Part shown: positions 9,831-18,995 of the stretch, piece after piece
Layout of the letters: each line of letters starts with the position of its first letter
How positions within the stretch are numbered: the first letter of the stretch is position 1
Assembly: GCA_034439575.1 (NCBI GenBank)
Contig: JAWXAQ010000022.1
Location: 32,001 to 96,000, forward strand
From: Leptospira sp.
Lineage (GTDB): Bacteria; Spirochaetota; Leptospiria; Leptospirales; Leptospiraceae
Length of the DNA stretch: 64,000 nucleotides
Direction: 5' to 3'
Program-made: the position numbers and the translations under genes
The notes under the pieces: generated by a model
Seen by the model: the letters and a program-made list of their open reading frames with translations, nothing else
Told to the model about the DNA's origin: nothing
The model's database searches: none

Positions 9831-11690
9831 TTATAATTCCACTAACAAAACAGTAATATCATCTGATATAGGTGAGCGTTTTTTGTTTAAAGAATTTATA
9901 ATCTCAGTTATATAATTTTCTGATGATTTGTTTTTTAGTTCTCGCATTACTTCGATTAGAACTTCGGTAGAAGTGTTTTCTATACTGATATCATCATTTA
10001 ATCCATCCGTATAAAATAAGAGTTTATCACCTTTTTCTAAATTTAAAGTATAAAGATTATAATCTACATGGGTTATAAATCCCAATAGAAATCCTTCTGA
10101 TTCTAAAGGAACAATTTGATCCTTGCGAATCAATATAATCGGCGGATGACCAGCAGTCGCGAAGGTCATTTTCCCATTCTGTAAATCTATATATGAATAT
10201 ACGGCACTCACAAACCTTTGGTCTAGAGTTTCCAATAGAAATTGATTCATATTGGATAGTAATTTGTTTGGTGAATGCATCCATTGTTTCTCATTTCGAA
10301 ATGCAATTTTGACAGTTGATGAGTCCATAGCTGCACTCACTCCGTGACCTGTTACATCGGCGAGTAATATCCCGAGTTTATTCTCATCAAATTCATGGAA
10401 GTCATAAAAATCTCCTCCGACTGCATGTAGCGGAAGATAGGTGACAGAGATTTTGGCATCAAAAACTTTAGGTATATGTAATGGTAAAATTCGATTTTGA
10501 ATTTTTCTTGCTACATCCAAATCTTTTTCGATTAATAAAAGTTTGGCGTTTACTCTTTCTTTTTCTAGAGTAAGACTTTTGATCCTTCGACCAATTGCTA
10601 TTGAGAATAATATCACTTCTAATAGTGAGGAGAGTTGGGTTCCAAATCGCCCAAGCCAGAATTCCATGGGAATATATCCCAAGTTAGTTAAAGTTTCCAG
10701 CAAAACACCAATTGTGACAATGATCCATGCCAGGAGAAAAAATTCAGATTGTTTGACTCCCTTATTGTAACCATAAACCGCACTAATGATCATCAATAAG
10801 GATCCCAATGGTAAAAATACATTCATTGATCGTACCATCAGCCCAAAGTCCAAGAAGGGAGAAATGATAGCCATACCTAATGAAAAGTAGGCGGAATAAC
10901 TTAGGATCTTGGCCCACCTGACATTGAATTTGGAAATTTCCAAAAATTCATTCGTAAATTGTAAAACCGAAAAAATTGTCAGATAAGATACTATAAATAA
11001 TCCAGGTTTTATAAAAAAAGTATGATTTGGTGTAAAGAATTGTTTCAAAAATCCACCTAATATCAAATAAACGAAAAAGACAGATAGAATATAAGAACAA
11101 TAGTATAAAAAACTCCTTTCCCTTATGGAATAATAGATAAATAAATTATAAAATAAGAGTGAGATCATGGCTCCAAAATATAAGCCATGGATGATATATT
11201 CACCTTGCGTTTTGTTGATAAAATCTGTTTCATTCCAGATTCGGAGTGGGGCAGTGAGGAGTCCTGAGTTCGAAAGTTTAAAATAAATATCAGTGATTTC
11301 TTTAGGAGCTAGTTTGATTCGAAAACAGGGATTTCTATGAAAGATTTGGTTATTTTTGGGATTTGAAAATACTCCTGACTTTTCTTTAAAAATTAAATTT
11401 CCATTCGTCACTTGGTAGTATTCTATATGATCCAAATAGGAAACGCCCAATTCTAAAATGAATACCTGCTCTAAGTTAGTTGTATTTTCTAGTTTTGTTT
11501 TGACCCAAAGCGGAGGACGACTCGTTCCAAAATTTTGTATACCTTTTCCCACTTCCACCCAATCATTTTCGAATGTGGAAAGTTTTTCAAATGGGATATC
11601 CATATCTAATATCGATAGGTTCGGTCGATTTATATTTGCATTGCACTGAAATAAAAATAAGGAAATGAAAAGGCTAAATAATAATTTCAT
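9831..11690 (-). CDS. 7TM-DISM sensor fused to a SpoIIE/PP2C phosphatase
   Basis: DISMED2-like exported domain, seven hydrophobic helices (GLYFGAMISLLFYNLFIY...), coiled coil, then GGDFYD, ADVTGHG, AGHPP, YTDGL, DDIT. Confidence 0.9.
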   Translation of the reverse strand: MKLLFSLFISLFLFQCNANINRPNLSILDMDIPFEKLSTFENDWVEVGKGIQNFGTSRPPLWVKTKLENTTNLEQVFILELGVSYLDHIEYYQVTNGNLIFKEKSGVFSNPKNNQIFHRNPCFRIKLAPKEITDIYFKLSNSGLLTAPLRIWNETDFINKTQGEYIIHGLYFGAMISLLFYNLFIYYSIRERSFLYYCSYILSVFFVYLILGGFLKQFFTPNHTFFIKPGLFIVSYLTIFSVLQFTNEFLEISKFNVRWAKILSYSAYFSLGMAIISPFLDFGLMVRSMNVFLPLGSLLMIISAVYGYNKGVKQSEFFLLAWIIVTIGVLLETLTNLGYIPMEFWLGRFGTQLSSLLEVILFSIAIGRRIKSLTLEKERVNAKLLLIEKDLDVARKIQNRILPLHIPKVFDAKISVTYLPLHAVGGDFYDFHEFDENKLGILLADVTGHGVSAAMDSSTVKIAFRNEKQWMHSPNKLLSNMNQFLLETLDQRFVSAVYSYIDLQNGKMTFATAGHPPIILIRKDQIVPLESEGFLLGFITHVDYNLYTLNLEKGDKLLFYTDGLNDDISIENTSTEVLIEVMRELKNKSSENYITEIINSLNKKRSPISDDITVLLVEL

Positions 11691-11713
11691 ATCAGGAAAA
11701 GAAAAGTTTTATA

Positions 11714-12760
11714 TTACCATTTTTCCTTTTCTTCTGCAAAACTAAACTGCCTCATAATATTAAATCCCAGACAAAATTCTTTTTTAGTGGTATCAAAATC
11801 GGCACCACGTAGCAGTTGTGTGTGGGCGAGACTTCGCGTATTGGCAACAAAGAATTGAAATACATGGCCACCTGTTTCCAGATCAATTCCTATACCAATG
11901 GGTATAAATTTATGTTTTACTGGTTCATCTAAAATGATGTTTTTAAGTATTACTTCCGTTAAGCTAATTGATCCATTTGTCAAACCTAGATTGATCTGGT
12001 CTGAGCTAAGTTGTGTGATGCTTGTTTGGCTCGTTTTTTGTGATTCAGTGGTATAGTTTTCTCCAAAATAATCTCTTTTGGGTGTGAGGATGGTACTGAA
12101 ACTAAAATCCAAACGATTCGTAATTTTAAATCTGCCACTGATATCTAAACCGACGCGGGCATTGCCTATTTTTTCCTGAGTGAAATTTCTATGAACATAC
12201 ATAGGGGATGCTTGCACAGTAAAAGAGTCGGTCCATTTTCTGGAAATAAGGAGGGAACTTAAATAAGACCTTTTATCCTGATCACTCAAGGTATAAGTGT
12301 TGAGATCTCCATTGAGTTTAGTATCTAATACAGAATTTCCCGTCCAATTACGATTGAAATAATTATACTTATAACTTTGATCCGAAGTTTCTTGGCCAAT
12401 GGCTCCGAAAAAACTAATGGTTAGAGGGAATGAATCTTGCGAGATGATTTTATATTTGGTTCTAAGTTCCCAGGTTTTATCAGCAGATGTTCGTGCTATC
12501 CCCACCATAAGATCATCTGTAATGCCATAATCGAGCGCGAGATGAGTGTTTGCTCCATCATCTAATCCATAAAAATTTTCAAAACCAGATTTCGCATTTC
12601 CAAATCTATGATTGAAACGAAAGACTAAATTTTTTGCGCCAATGTTTTCTGTGCTTGGCATAAAAATAAGGCTAGATCCCATGAAATGTGTGTTTGTTGG
12701 TGTTTGTGCGATCAAAACACAGGGAAAGAATAACAAATTAATAATTCTAAAAATTTTCAT
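11714..12760 (-). CDS. Outer-membrane beta-barrel protein, DUF5777-like
   Basis: Signal peptide; FRFNHRFG, FYGLD, LDYGITD, GIDLETGGHVFQ, LGFNIMRQF motifs recognised as DUF5777-type. Confidence 0.75.
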   Translation of the reverse strand: MKIFRIINLLFFPCVLIAQTPTNTHFMGSSLIFMPSTENIGAKNLVFRFNHRFGNAKSGFENFYGLDDGANTHLALDYGITDDLMVGIARTSADKTWELRTKYKIISQDSFPLTISFFGAIGQETSDQSYKYNYFNRNWTGNSVLDTKLNGDLNTYTLSDQDKRSYLSSLLISRKWTDSFTVQASPMYVHRNFTQEKIGNARVGLDISGRFKITNRLDFSFSTILTPKRDYFGENYTTESQKTSQTSITQLSSDQINLGLTNGSISLTEVILKNIILDEPVKHKFIPIGIGIDLETGGHVFQFFVANTRSLAHTQLLRGADFDTTKKEFCLGFNIMRQFSFAEEKEKW

Positions 12761-13293
12761 TCTTTACTCCAAATTAGATTCACCTTAACTTTTATATCTT
12801 GATTTACTTTTAGAAAAACCAATTTAGGGACTTCAATATTATATTCACTCAAACGTATCGTAAAATAAGAAGTTTGTTCAATATCTGCACCTAACTTACT
12901 CAAATTTCCTGTGATTTCAACGTTTTCTTTTTTAACACCGTGCAATTCTAAACTACCTACTGTTTTAACTTCTCCTTCATTTTTAATCTCTAAAACTTTA
13001 CCAATGAATTTTGCCGTCGGGAACTTTTGAATTTCGAAATAATTGTCATGTAAGTGAGATGTTTGTAAGTTGTTGCTTGTGCGAATGGAACCGAGTGTGA
13101 TTTCTATATATATTTCTTTGGTATCTAGATTTAAGGTCCCTTTGACACCTTGGCCATCACCGTAAATAGATTCTAAATCCGTTTCTGATTTGAAAAAAAC
13201 TTTTCCCGATTTGACTTTCCATTCTTTGCTTTCTGCATACAAAGTACTAAAAAAGAAGACTGGAATAAGGATGATAATACGAATCATTTTCAT
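12757..13293 (-). CDS. YceI family (lipid/isoprenoid-binding beta-barrel) protein
   Basis: Signal peptide; HLHDNYFEIQKFPTAKF, GSLELHGVKK, YNIEVPKLV. ATG at 13293 overlaps the upstream TGA (ATGA). Confidence 0.85.
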   Translation of the reverse strand: MKMIRIIILIPVFFFSTLYAESKEWKVKSGKVFFKSETDLESIYGDGQGVKGTLNLDTKEIYIEITLGSIRTSNNLQTSHLHDNYFEIQKFPTAKFIGKVLEIKNEGEVKTVGSLELHGVKKENVEITGNLSKLGADIEQTSYFTIRLSEYNIEVPKLVFLKVNQDIKVKVNLIWSKE

Positions 13294-13724
13294 GGATTTG
13301 CACCACCTTGGATCCAACAATAGAGTGCTGAATCAATTGTAGAGTTTGAATAAACGGCCATATTCCCTCTAGATTGGATGATATACAAAGTGGAACCAGA
13401 AGCATTGCCTGGACTCGTAAATCCTTTCACCTGTGTGTAGTTACTTGCTTGGTAGCGAGTCGTTCCATCGTGACAACCAGACCTGCCACAACTTGTCTCA
13501 AAACCAGCCGCTTTCAATGTGGAGAATGTGGGAGAAGCTGTTGTGCAATTGGGAGATGCGGAAGATGTTTGGGAATTGGAACTCCTGGTTGTGATGGCAG
13601 AAACCAAAAAAGATTGCCAGGCTATTTCTTTTTCTTTGTCGCTCGCGGATGTATAACTACAGTTAAATGAAAATAAGAAAATAATAAGTGATAATTGGAG
13701 GAGTTTTTGTTTGCGATTTTTCAT
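13290..13724 (-). CDS. Lipoprotein with a CX4CH putative heme-c motif (paralog A)
   Basis: Lipobox FSFN-C; CGRSGCH; GNMA; YCWIQGGA. Confidence 0.7.
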   Translation of the reverse strand: MKNRKQKLLQLSLIIFLFSFNCSYTSASDKEKEIAWQSFLVSAITTRSSNSQTSSASPNCTTASPTFSTLKAAGFETSCGRSGCHDGTTRYQASNYTQVKGFTSPGNASGSTLYIIQSRGNMAVYSNSTIDSALYCWIQGGANP

Positions 13725-13743
13725 TTGATTCTATTTCGAATTT

Positions 13744-14199
13744 TTATTGTTTAGTCCCACCTAATATCCAACAATAAATCGCTTTATCAATGGATTGTGT
13801 GGTGTGAATTGCCATGGAACCAGTAGACTGAGCTGTGTACAATTTAGAAGTCGTCGGCGATGCACTTTGTGTTTGTGTGAGAACTTCTGAAATTACACTC
13901 GCACGATAGATACTCGCACCAGAACCACCTGTTACATGACAGCCAGAGGCACCGCAAGTAGACTCAAAGCCAGCATCCTTTAACGTGGAGAATGTGGGTG
14001 CTGAAACTTCACAAGTAGGAATTGGAAATTTTCCTGTTTGGCCCGTTGTATTTGTAGTAGAAGTTGCACCCGAAGAACGAGCCAAAACAAGAAGCCCAAG
14101 AAGAGTCTCATCATTTGATTCATCTTTCGGACTTATGAGATCGCATTGAAAACCGAAGAGGATCAAAACTAAAAATAAGTGTTTGTAAAAAAATTGCAC
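13744..14199 (-). CDS. Lipoprotein with a CX4CH putative heme-c motif (paralog B)
   Basis: GTG start after AAGGTAGG; lipobox FGFQ-C; CGASGCH; GSMA; YCWILGG. Confidence 0.7.
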   Translation of the reverse strand: MQFFYKHLFLVLILFGFQCDLISPKDESNDETLLGLLVLARSSGATSTTNTTGQTGKFPIPTCEVSAPTFSTLKDAGFESTCGASGCHVTGGSGASIYRASVISEVLTQTQSASPTTSKLYTAQSTGSMAIHTTQSIDKAIYCWILGGTKQ

Positions 14200-14294
14200 T
14201 TTGTAACCTACCTTATGTTTGTAAAATTTGGGATTAAATAAAACTTAAGACACAAAATACTGGTTCAATATTTTCTTAACAAGAAATTTTAATT

Positions 14295-16019
14295 TTAGTT
14301 AGCTGTTCTTTCAAATAATTTCTTGATATCGGGTAGCGAATCTCTTGTTACTTGTTCTCCCAATTTGATAAATTCGCTAGATCGCCAAAATTCAAACCAA
14401 TTGGAATTAGGTAAAATTGGGTTTAGATAAACATCTGCATCTTGGGCTGAATATTTCCCGATCCGGTATTGTAGTGAATAAAGGCTATTGACTATGATAT
14501 CCAAAACATTCAGGTTCAATAATTTGTTCGTTGCCATTTGGTCTTTAGAAGAGGGCATTGAATTCACAGCGATGATTCGCTCGACACCTTCGTGAGTCAA
14601 GGGTGACACAGGCAATGGATTCACTATCCCTCCATCCACATAGATTTTTCCGTTTTCTTGGGCTTGTGGAGAAAAAACACCTGGGATCGAAATACTTGCC
14701 ATAAGTGCGTCTAAAACCTTTCCTTCAGAAAGAACGATTTCTTTTCGATTTGTAATATCACACGTGATCAATCGTAGTTTGATTGGCAATTCTTCGAAGG
14801 TAAGATCACCTAAGTATTTTTCTAATAGATTTCTGACTTGTTTTCCGTGAAGTAATCCTTGGCCTGGAAAAGATAAATCTACTAGTTTGAACATTTTAAA
14901 AATCGAATCGATTTCATTTAACAGAGGTAATATGCCTTTATAACCTAAACCACTGGCCCAAAATGCACCAATCACTGCACCAATACTCGTACCTGAAATG
15001 ATATCAACTGTTAGGCCTTCTTCTTCCATAACCTTCATGATGCCTACTTGTGCCAATCCAAGTGCGGCACCTCCACCAAGGGCAATCCCAACTTGGATGC
15101 CTGAAAGTTCTCTCGCTTTACGGGTGATATGTGTATAGAACTTATTGTCACTTACACTAAAATCAATTTTTGTTTCACAATACATGGTATCATTTGATCT
15201 TTTTTCTTCGGAAAGAAATTCCATGTTCTGAATATCATTTTTATTAAATTCATTACCTACCAAATGATCAATGTTATCTGATTCATCAATCAATGCTTTT
15301 TTCAGATCTATAGGATCTTCTGGAAAAATTTCTAAAAAAATAAAAGAGTGGGTTGGATAATGTCGACCTAAAGTTTCTTTGATTCGATCCAAATCTCTAA
15401 ATCGATACGATTTAACTAAATCTGATTTATATTCATCTGGCATGGAACGCTGGTTAAAGCGGAGGATAATTACTTTTTTACCTGATTCTTTTTCGATTGA
15501 TTCTGCTAATTTAATAGAATAATAATTTGCCGCTAGTTCTGAATTATGGACAAAACAAATGACAGAGTTTTTAAAATACTCTCTGCTTCCTAGAAGTTCA
15601 TTTCGCAGAGTTTTTGTTAACATACGAGAAAAGGTAATGGATAGAAAGGGAATTTTACGAATTAATTCTTGGAATTCTCTTTGGTTTAAAACTAAAAAGC
15701 GGGATTCTGTAAGAGTTCGTACAGAATGAGAATGTTCTTCGCCAGTCAGTAGGGAATGGATGCCAAAGTATTCCCCTTTTTTTAAAATTTGAAGTTCCTC
15801 TTCTTTTGTTTCCCCTTTGGAAGGCAGAAATACGGATACAGAACCCGATAGAATCAAATATAAACTGTGATCTTTTCCGCCTTTTTTATAGAGCAATTCG
15901 TCTCGTTTAGCTTCCACAATTTGAACGGATTCGGCGATCCAAACCAATTCCTTTCTAGATAAACTACGAAATAATGGTAATCCAGAAACTAGGTGAATTT
16001 TGCCTTCGAGGTCTTTCAT
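14295..16019 (-). CDS. cNMP-binding domain plus patatin-like (NTE family) phospholipase
   Basis: N-terminal cNMP fold (LYLILSGSV, GEYFG); GGGAALG, GTSIG, DGG patatin motifs. Confidence 0.92.
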   Translation of the reverse strand: MKDLEGKIHLVSGLPLFRSLSRKELVWIAESVQIVEAKRDELLYKKGGKDHSLYLILSGSVSVFLPSKGETKEEELQILKKGEYFGIHSLLTGEEHSHSVRTLTESRFLVLNQREFQELIRKIPFLSITFSRMLTKTLRNELLGSREYFKNSVICFVHNSELAANYYSIKLAESIEKESGKKVIILRFNQRSMPDEYKSDLVKSYRFRDLDRIKETLGRHYPTHSFIFLEIFPEDPIDLKKALIDESDNIDHLVGNEFNKNDIQNMEFLSEEKRSNDTMYCETKIDFSVSDNKFYTHITRKARELSGIQVGIALGGGAALGLAQVGIMKVMEEEGLTVDIISGTSIGAVIGAFWASGLGYKGILPLLNEIDSIFKMFKLVDLSFPGQGLLHGKQVRNLLEKYLGDLTFEELPIKLRLITCDITNRKEIVLSEGKVLDALMASISIPGVFSPQAQENGKIYVDGGIVNPLPVSPLTHEGVERIIAVNSMPSSKDQMATNKLLNLNVLDIIVNSLYSLQYRIGKYSAQDADVYLNPILPNSNWFEFWRSSEFIKLGEQVTRDSLPDIKKLFERTAN

Positions 16020-16095
16020 TTTGCCTACTTATATAACCAAATTCTAGAATCTTTGGTCTATGAAATTTTGTTTTTAATTTTTTTATGTTTTTTTC

Positions 16096-16137
16096 TTGAC
16101 TAATTATTTGTTAAGTAGTTATCGTATGTATAGTAAA
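16096..16137 (+). promoter_or_regulatory. recN sigma70-like promoter with a candidate LexA (SOS) operator
   Basis: TTGACT(16096)-N18-TATCGT. TATGTATAGTAAA at 16125-16137 (revcomp TTTACTATACATA) resembles the leptospiral TTTG-CTATA-CAAA box. Confidence 0.5.
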
Positions 16138-16149
16138 CAGGAGACACGT

Positions 16150-17859
16150 ATGATTACTCACCTTAAAATTCGAGATTTTGCCCTTCTAGAATCCTTGGAT
16201 CTGGATTTAAAAACAGGCCTAGCCGTATTTACTGGAGAATCAGGCTCCGGTAAATCTTTAGTTTTTGACTCCATTGCCTCTTTACTCGGAGGCAGGTGCA
16301 CGACTGCGAACATCCGAACTGGGAAAGAAAAGTATTCAATCCAGGCCATCATCAATTTGACAGAACACCCCGTGGCAAAAGAATATTTGGAAAAACAAGG
16401 CTTTCAAAGAGAAGGAGAAGAAATCATTCTCACAAAGGAATTATATAAAGATGGTAAGGCGCGAGTTAAAATTGGGGATTCCTTAGCATCCACAGCACAC
16501 TTAAGAGAGTTTGGAAAGTGCATAGCAGAAGTCCATAGCCAAAACGAACAATTATTCTTACTCGAAAAATCTCACCAATTGGAGTTTTTAGATCGCTTTG
16601 CTCACTTAGAGTCAATGCGTGCTAAAGTTAAATTATCCTTACAAAACTTTCGTCATTGGAAGGAAAAATTGAACGGCTTTGACGAAACACTTTTATACTC
16701 AAAAAAACGTAGGGAAACTCTTAATTTTGAGATAGATGAGATCGAATCCATTTCCCCCAAGGAAGGCGAAGATGAGTCCTTGTTACGTGAAGAACAATTT
16801 TTGGCCAATGGGGAAAAGTTAGCTGAGAACTATCGTTATATACTCAACGAGATGATTGAAAAGGAAAATTCTATCCTCAAAGTTTTTCCGAGCCTCCTTC
16901 ATTCTGTAGAAAAAATTTCACAACTCCTTCCTGAAAAACAAGCCTTACGTGAAGAATGGGAAGATATATATGACAGGTTAAAAATACTAAAAGCGACGAT
17001 TCGCGAAGAGGAGGAAGAGCTATTTTTTAGTCCAGACAGACTTGATATGGTACAAACTCGTCTCCAAGAATTGAACAAACTCAAAAAAAAATATGGAGCA
17101 GAAGTTCCAGAAATTCTTACCCAATTAGAAGAAAAAAAATCGGAATTGGAAAAGTGGACTATGGAGGCAGGAGATAGAGATTTCCTTTCTCAGAAATATG
17201 ATCAGTCACTAATCGAATTGAAAGAACTTGTTTTCCAATTATCACGTGCTAGACGAAATGCATTGTCCTCATTTGAAGACGAGGTCCAAAAGGAATTGAT
17301 GGATCTCGGAATGGAAGGTGCAAAATTGCAAGTTGTGCTTCGTTGGGAAGAAAACCCAGAAGGTGAAGTCGAAGAAGGATCCAAACTCTATTATTTAAGT
17401 GAGACGGGTCTAGACCAAATTGAATTTTATTTTAGTGCCAATGTGGGTGAAAAACCTCGACCTCTGCGTAAAGTTGCTTCAGGAGGAGAACTTTCTAGGG
17501 TGATGCTCGCGCTACGGAGTGCTCTTGGCAAATTGAGCCCTGCACCTCAGATTTTGATTTTGGACGAAATTGATACAGGCCTTGGAGGGGAAGCAGCGAC
17601 ATCTCTTGCCTCAAAAATCAAAAAACTATCTAGATCTTCACAGATTCTTCTCATCACTCATACCCAGCAAATTGCGGCAGTCGCCGATGAACATGTTAGA
17701 ATTGAAAAACAAACGGCCAATGGGAGAACCACCGCTTTTGCAAAAATTTTATCATTTGAGGAAAGAAAACGGGAACTCGCTAGAATGATCGGAGGCAAAC
17801 AATTAACGCAAGGAGTACTTAAGGCTGCCACTGATCTTTTACAGAAAAAAGCGGTCTGA
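16150..17859 (+). CDS. recN: DNA repair protein RecN
   Basis: MITHLKIRDFAL, TGESGSGKS, coiled coil, KVASGGELSR, LDEIDTG, ITH. RBS AGGAG precedes ATG 16150. Confidence 0.95.
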   Translation: MITHLKIRDFALLESLDLDLKTGLAVFTGESGSGKSLVFDSIASLLGGRCTTANIRTGKEKYSIQAIINLTEHPVAKEYLEKQGFQREGEEIILTKELYKDGKARVKIGDSLASTAHLREFGKCIAEVHSQNEQLFLLEKSHQLEFLDRFAHLESMRAKVKLSLQNFRHWKEKLNGFDETLLYSKKRRETLNFEIDEIESISPKEGEDESLLREEQFLANGEKLAENYRYILNEMIEKENSILKVFPSLLHSVEKISQLLPEKQALREEWEDIYDRLKILKATIREEEEELFFSPDRLDMVQTRLQELNKLKKKYGAEVPEILTQLEEKKSELEKWTMEAGDRDFLSQKYDQSLIELKELVFQLSRARRNALSSFEDEVQKELMDLGMEGAKLQVVLRWEENPEGEVEEGSKLYYLSETGLDQIEFYFSANVGEKPRPLRKVASGGELSRVMLALRSALGKLSPAPQILILDEIDTGLGGEAATSLASKIKKLSRSSQILLITHTQQIAAVADEHVRIEKQTANGRTTAFAKILSFEERKRELARMIGGKQLTQGVLKAATDLLQKKAV

Positions 17860-17935
17860 ATTTAACTAAAATTGTATTTGGCGAAAAAGGGAAGAATGAA
17901 ATCCTTATTCTGTAATCCTGAATTGGGGCCATTTC

Positions 17936-18556
17936 ATGTTTTTTCCTTTCGCTAAATCAGACTCAGTTATTTCATCGGTTCCTCCGGAAACCATTCCAAT
18001 CATTATCATTTTCGTATCCATTGTTGGATTTACGATTATTATTGAACGTTTGGTTTACTTTTGGAAATTAAAACCGATTCCTTCGGACGACCTTAGAAAA
18101 ATTCGCGAGTATGCCCGCGAAAAAAAATGGGATGAAGCAAAAGACCTTCTTTTGCAAAAATCCCTTTCACCAGCTTCCGTTGTACTCCAATTGGCATTTG
18201 ACTTAAAAAGAAGAAATGTTGAATACCTTGAGGACGATGTCCGCCAAGAAGGTTTTCGCCAAATTTCTCTTATGGAAAAATACCTAACAAGCCTTGGAAC
18301 CATTGCTACCATAGCCCCTTTGTTAGGTGTACTTGGAACTGTGATTGGTATAGTTCGTTCCTTTGCGGAAGGTGCCGGAACCAAAGGTGCGGAAGTCGGT
18401 ATTTCAGAAGCTTTAGTGACAACAGCCATGGGACTTGGTGTGGCCATTCCTGCTTATGTGTTCTATAATTATTTTTCTCGTTCTAAAGAAGAGCGAACCA
18501 TAGAACTAGAAAATGCGACTGAACTTGTATTACCACATTTGGTAAAAAATAAATAA
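17936..18556 (+). CDS. MotA/TolQ/ExbB proton channel family protein
   Basis: LGTIATIAPLLGVLGTVIGI, GISEALVTTAMGLGVAIPA. Confidence 0.95.
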   Translation: MFFPFAKSDSVISSVPPETIPIIIIFVSIVGFTIIIERLVYFWKLKPIPSDDLRKIREYAREKKWDEAKDLLLQKSLSPASVVLQLAFDLKRRNVEYLEDDVRQEGFRQISLMEKYLTSLGTIATIAPLLGVLGTVIGIVRSFAEGAGTKGAEVGISEALVTTAMGLGVAIPAYVFYNYFSRSKEERTIELENATELVLPHLVKNK

Positions 18557-18559
18557 AGA

Positions 18560-18991
18560 ATGAAGTTTCGCAAGAAGCAAGAGTCATTTAATAAAATCGA
18601 ATTAGCTCCGCTAATCGATGTTATATCCTTTATAGTTATATATTTTTTAATGAATGCCACATTAGAAAAAAATACTGCCTTAAAAGTAGAACTACCTCGT
18701 TCTTCAAGTGTAGCGAAAGAGAAACAAAAAGACGAGTTAATCATCACTGTTGATAAATTGGGCAAAATATATTTGGATCAAAATACGGAAGCAGTGGCCT
18801 TAGAATCTCTGACCGATAAAATCAATGGATTCCTTGGACCAGAAAAAGAAAGAGATCCGAAAAAAAATAAAGTAATTATACGCGGAGATGGCGGAGCCTC
18901 ATACCAGGTCGTAGTTAAAGTCATAGACGCCGTGAACGCAGCAGGTGTTAGTCGATTTAACTTAGCAATGGTAAAAGGAACTTCGAAATAG
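18560..18991 (+). CDS. ExbD/TolR family protein
   Basis: [12 protein letters not shown] (conserved Asp), [19 protein letters not shown]. Confidence 0.95.
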   Translation: MKFRKKQESFNKIELAPLIDVISFIVIYFLMNATLEKNTALKVELPRSSSVAKEKQKDELIITVDKLGKIYLDQNTEAVALESLTDKINGFLGPEKERDPKKNKVIIRGDGGASYQVVVKVIDAVNAAGVSRFNLAMVKGTSK

Positions 18992-18995
18992 TTCT

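Noticed and set aside
16096-16149. ORF-track N-terminal extension of RecN
   Set aside because: The TTG is the -35 box; ATG 16150 has an RBS and the family-typical N-terminus.
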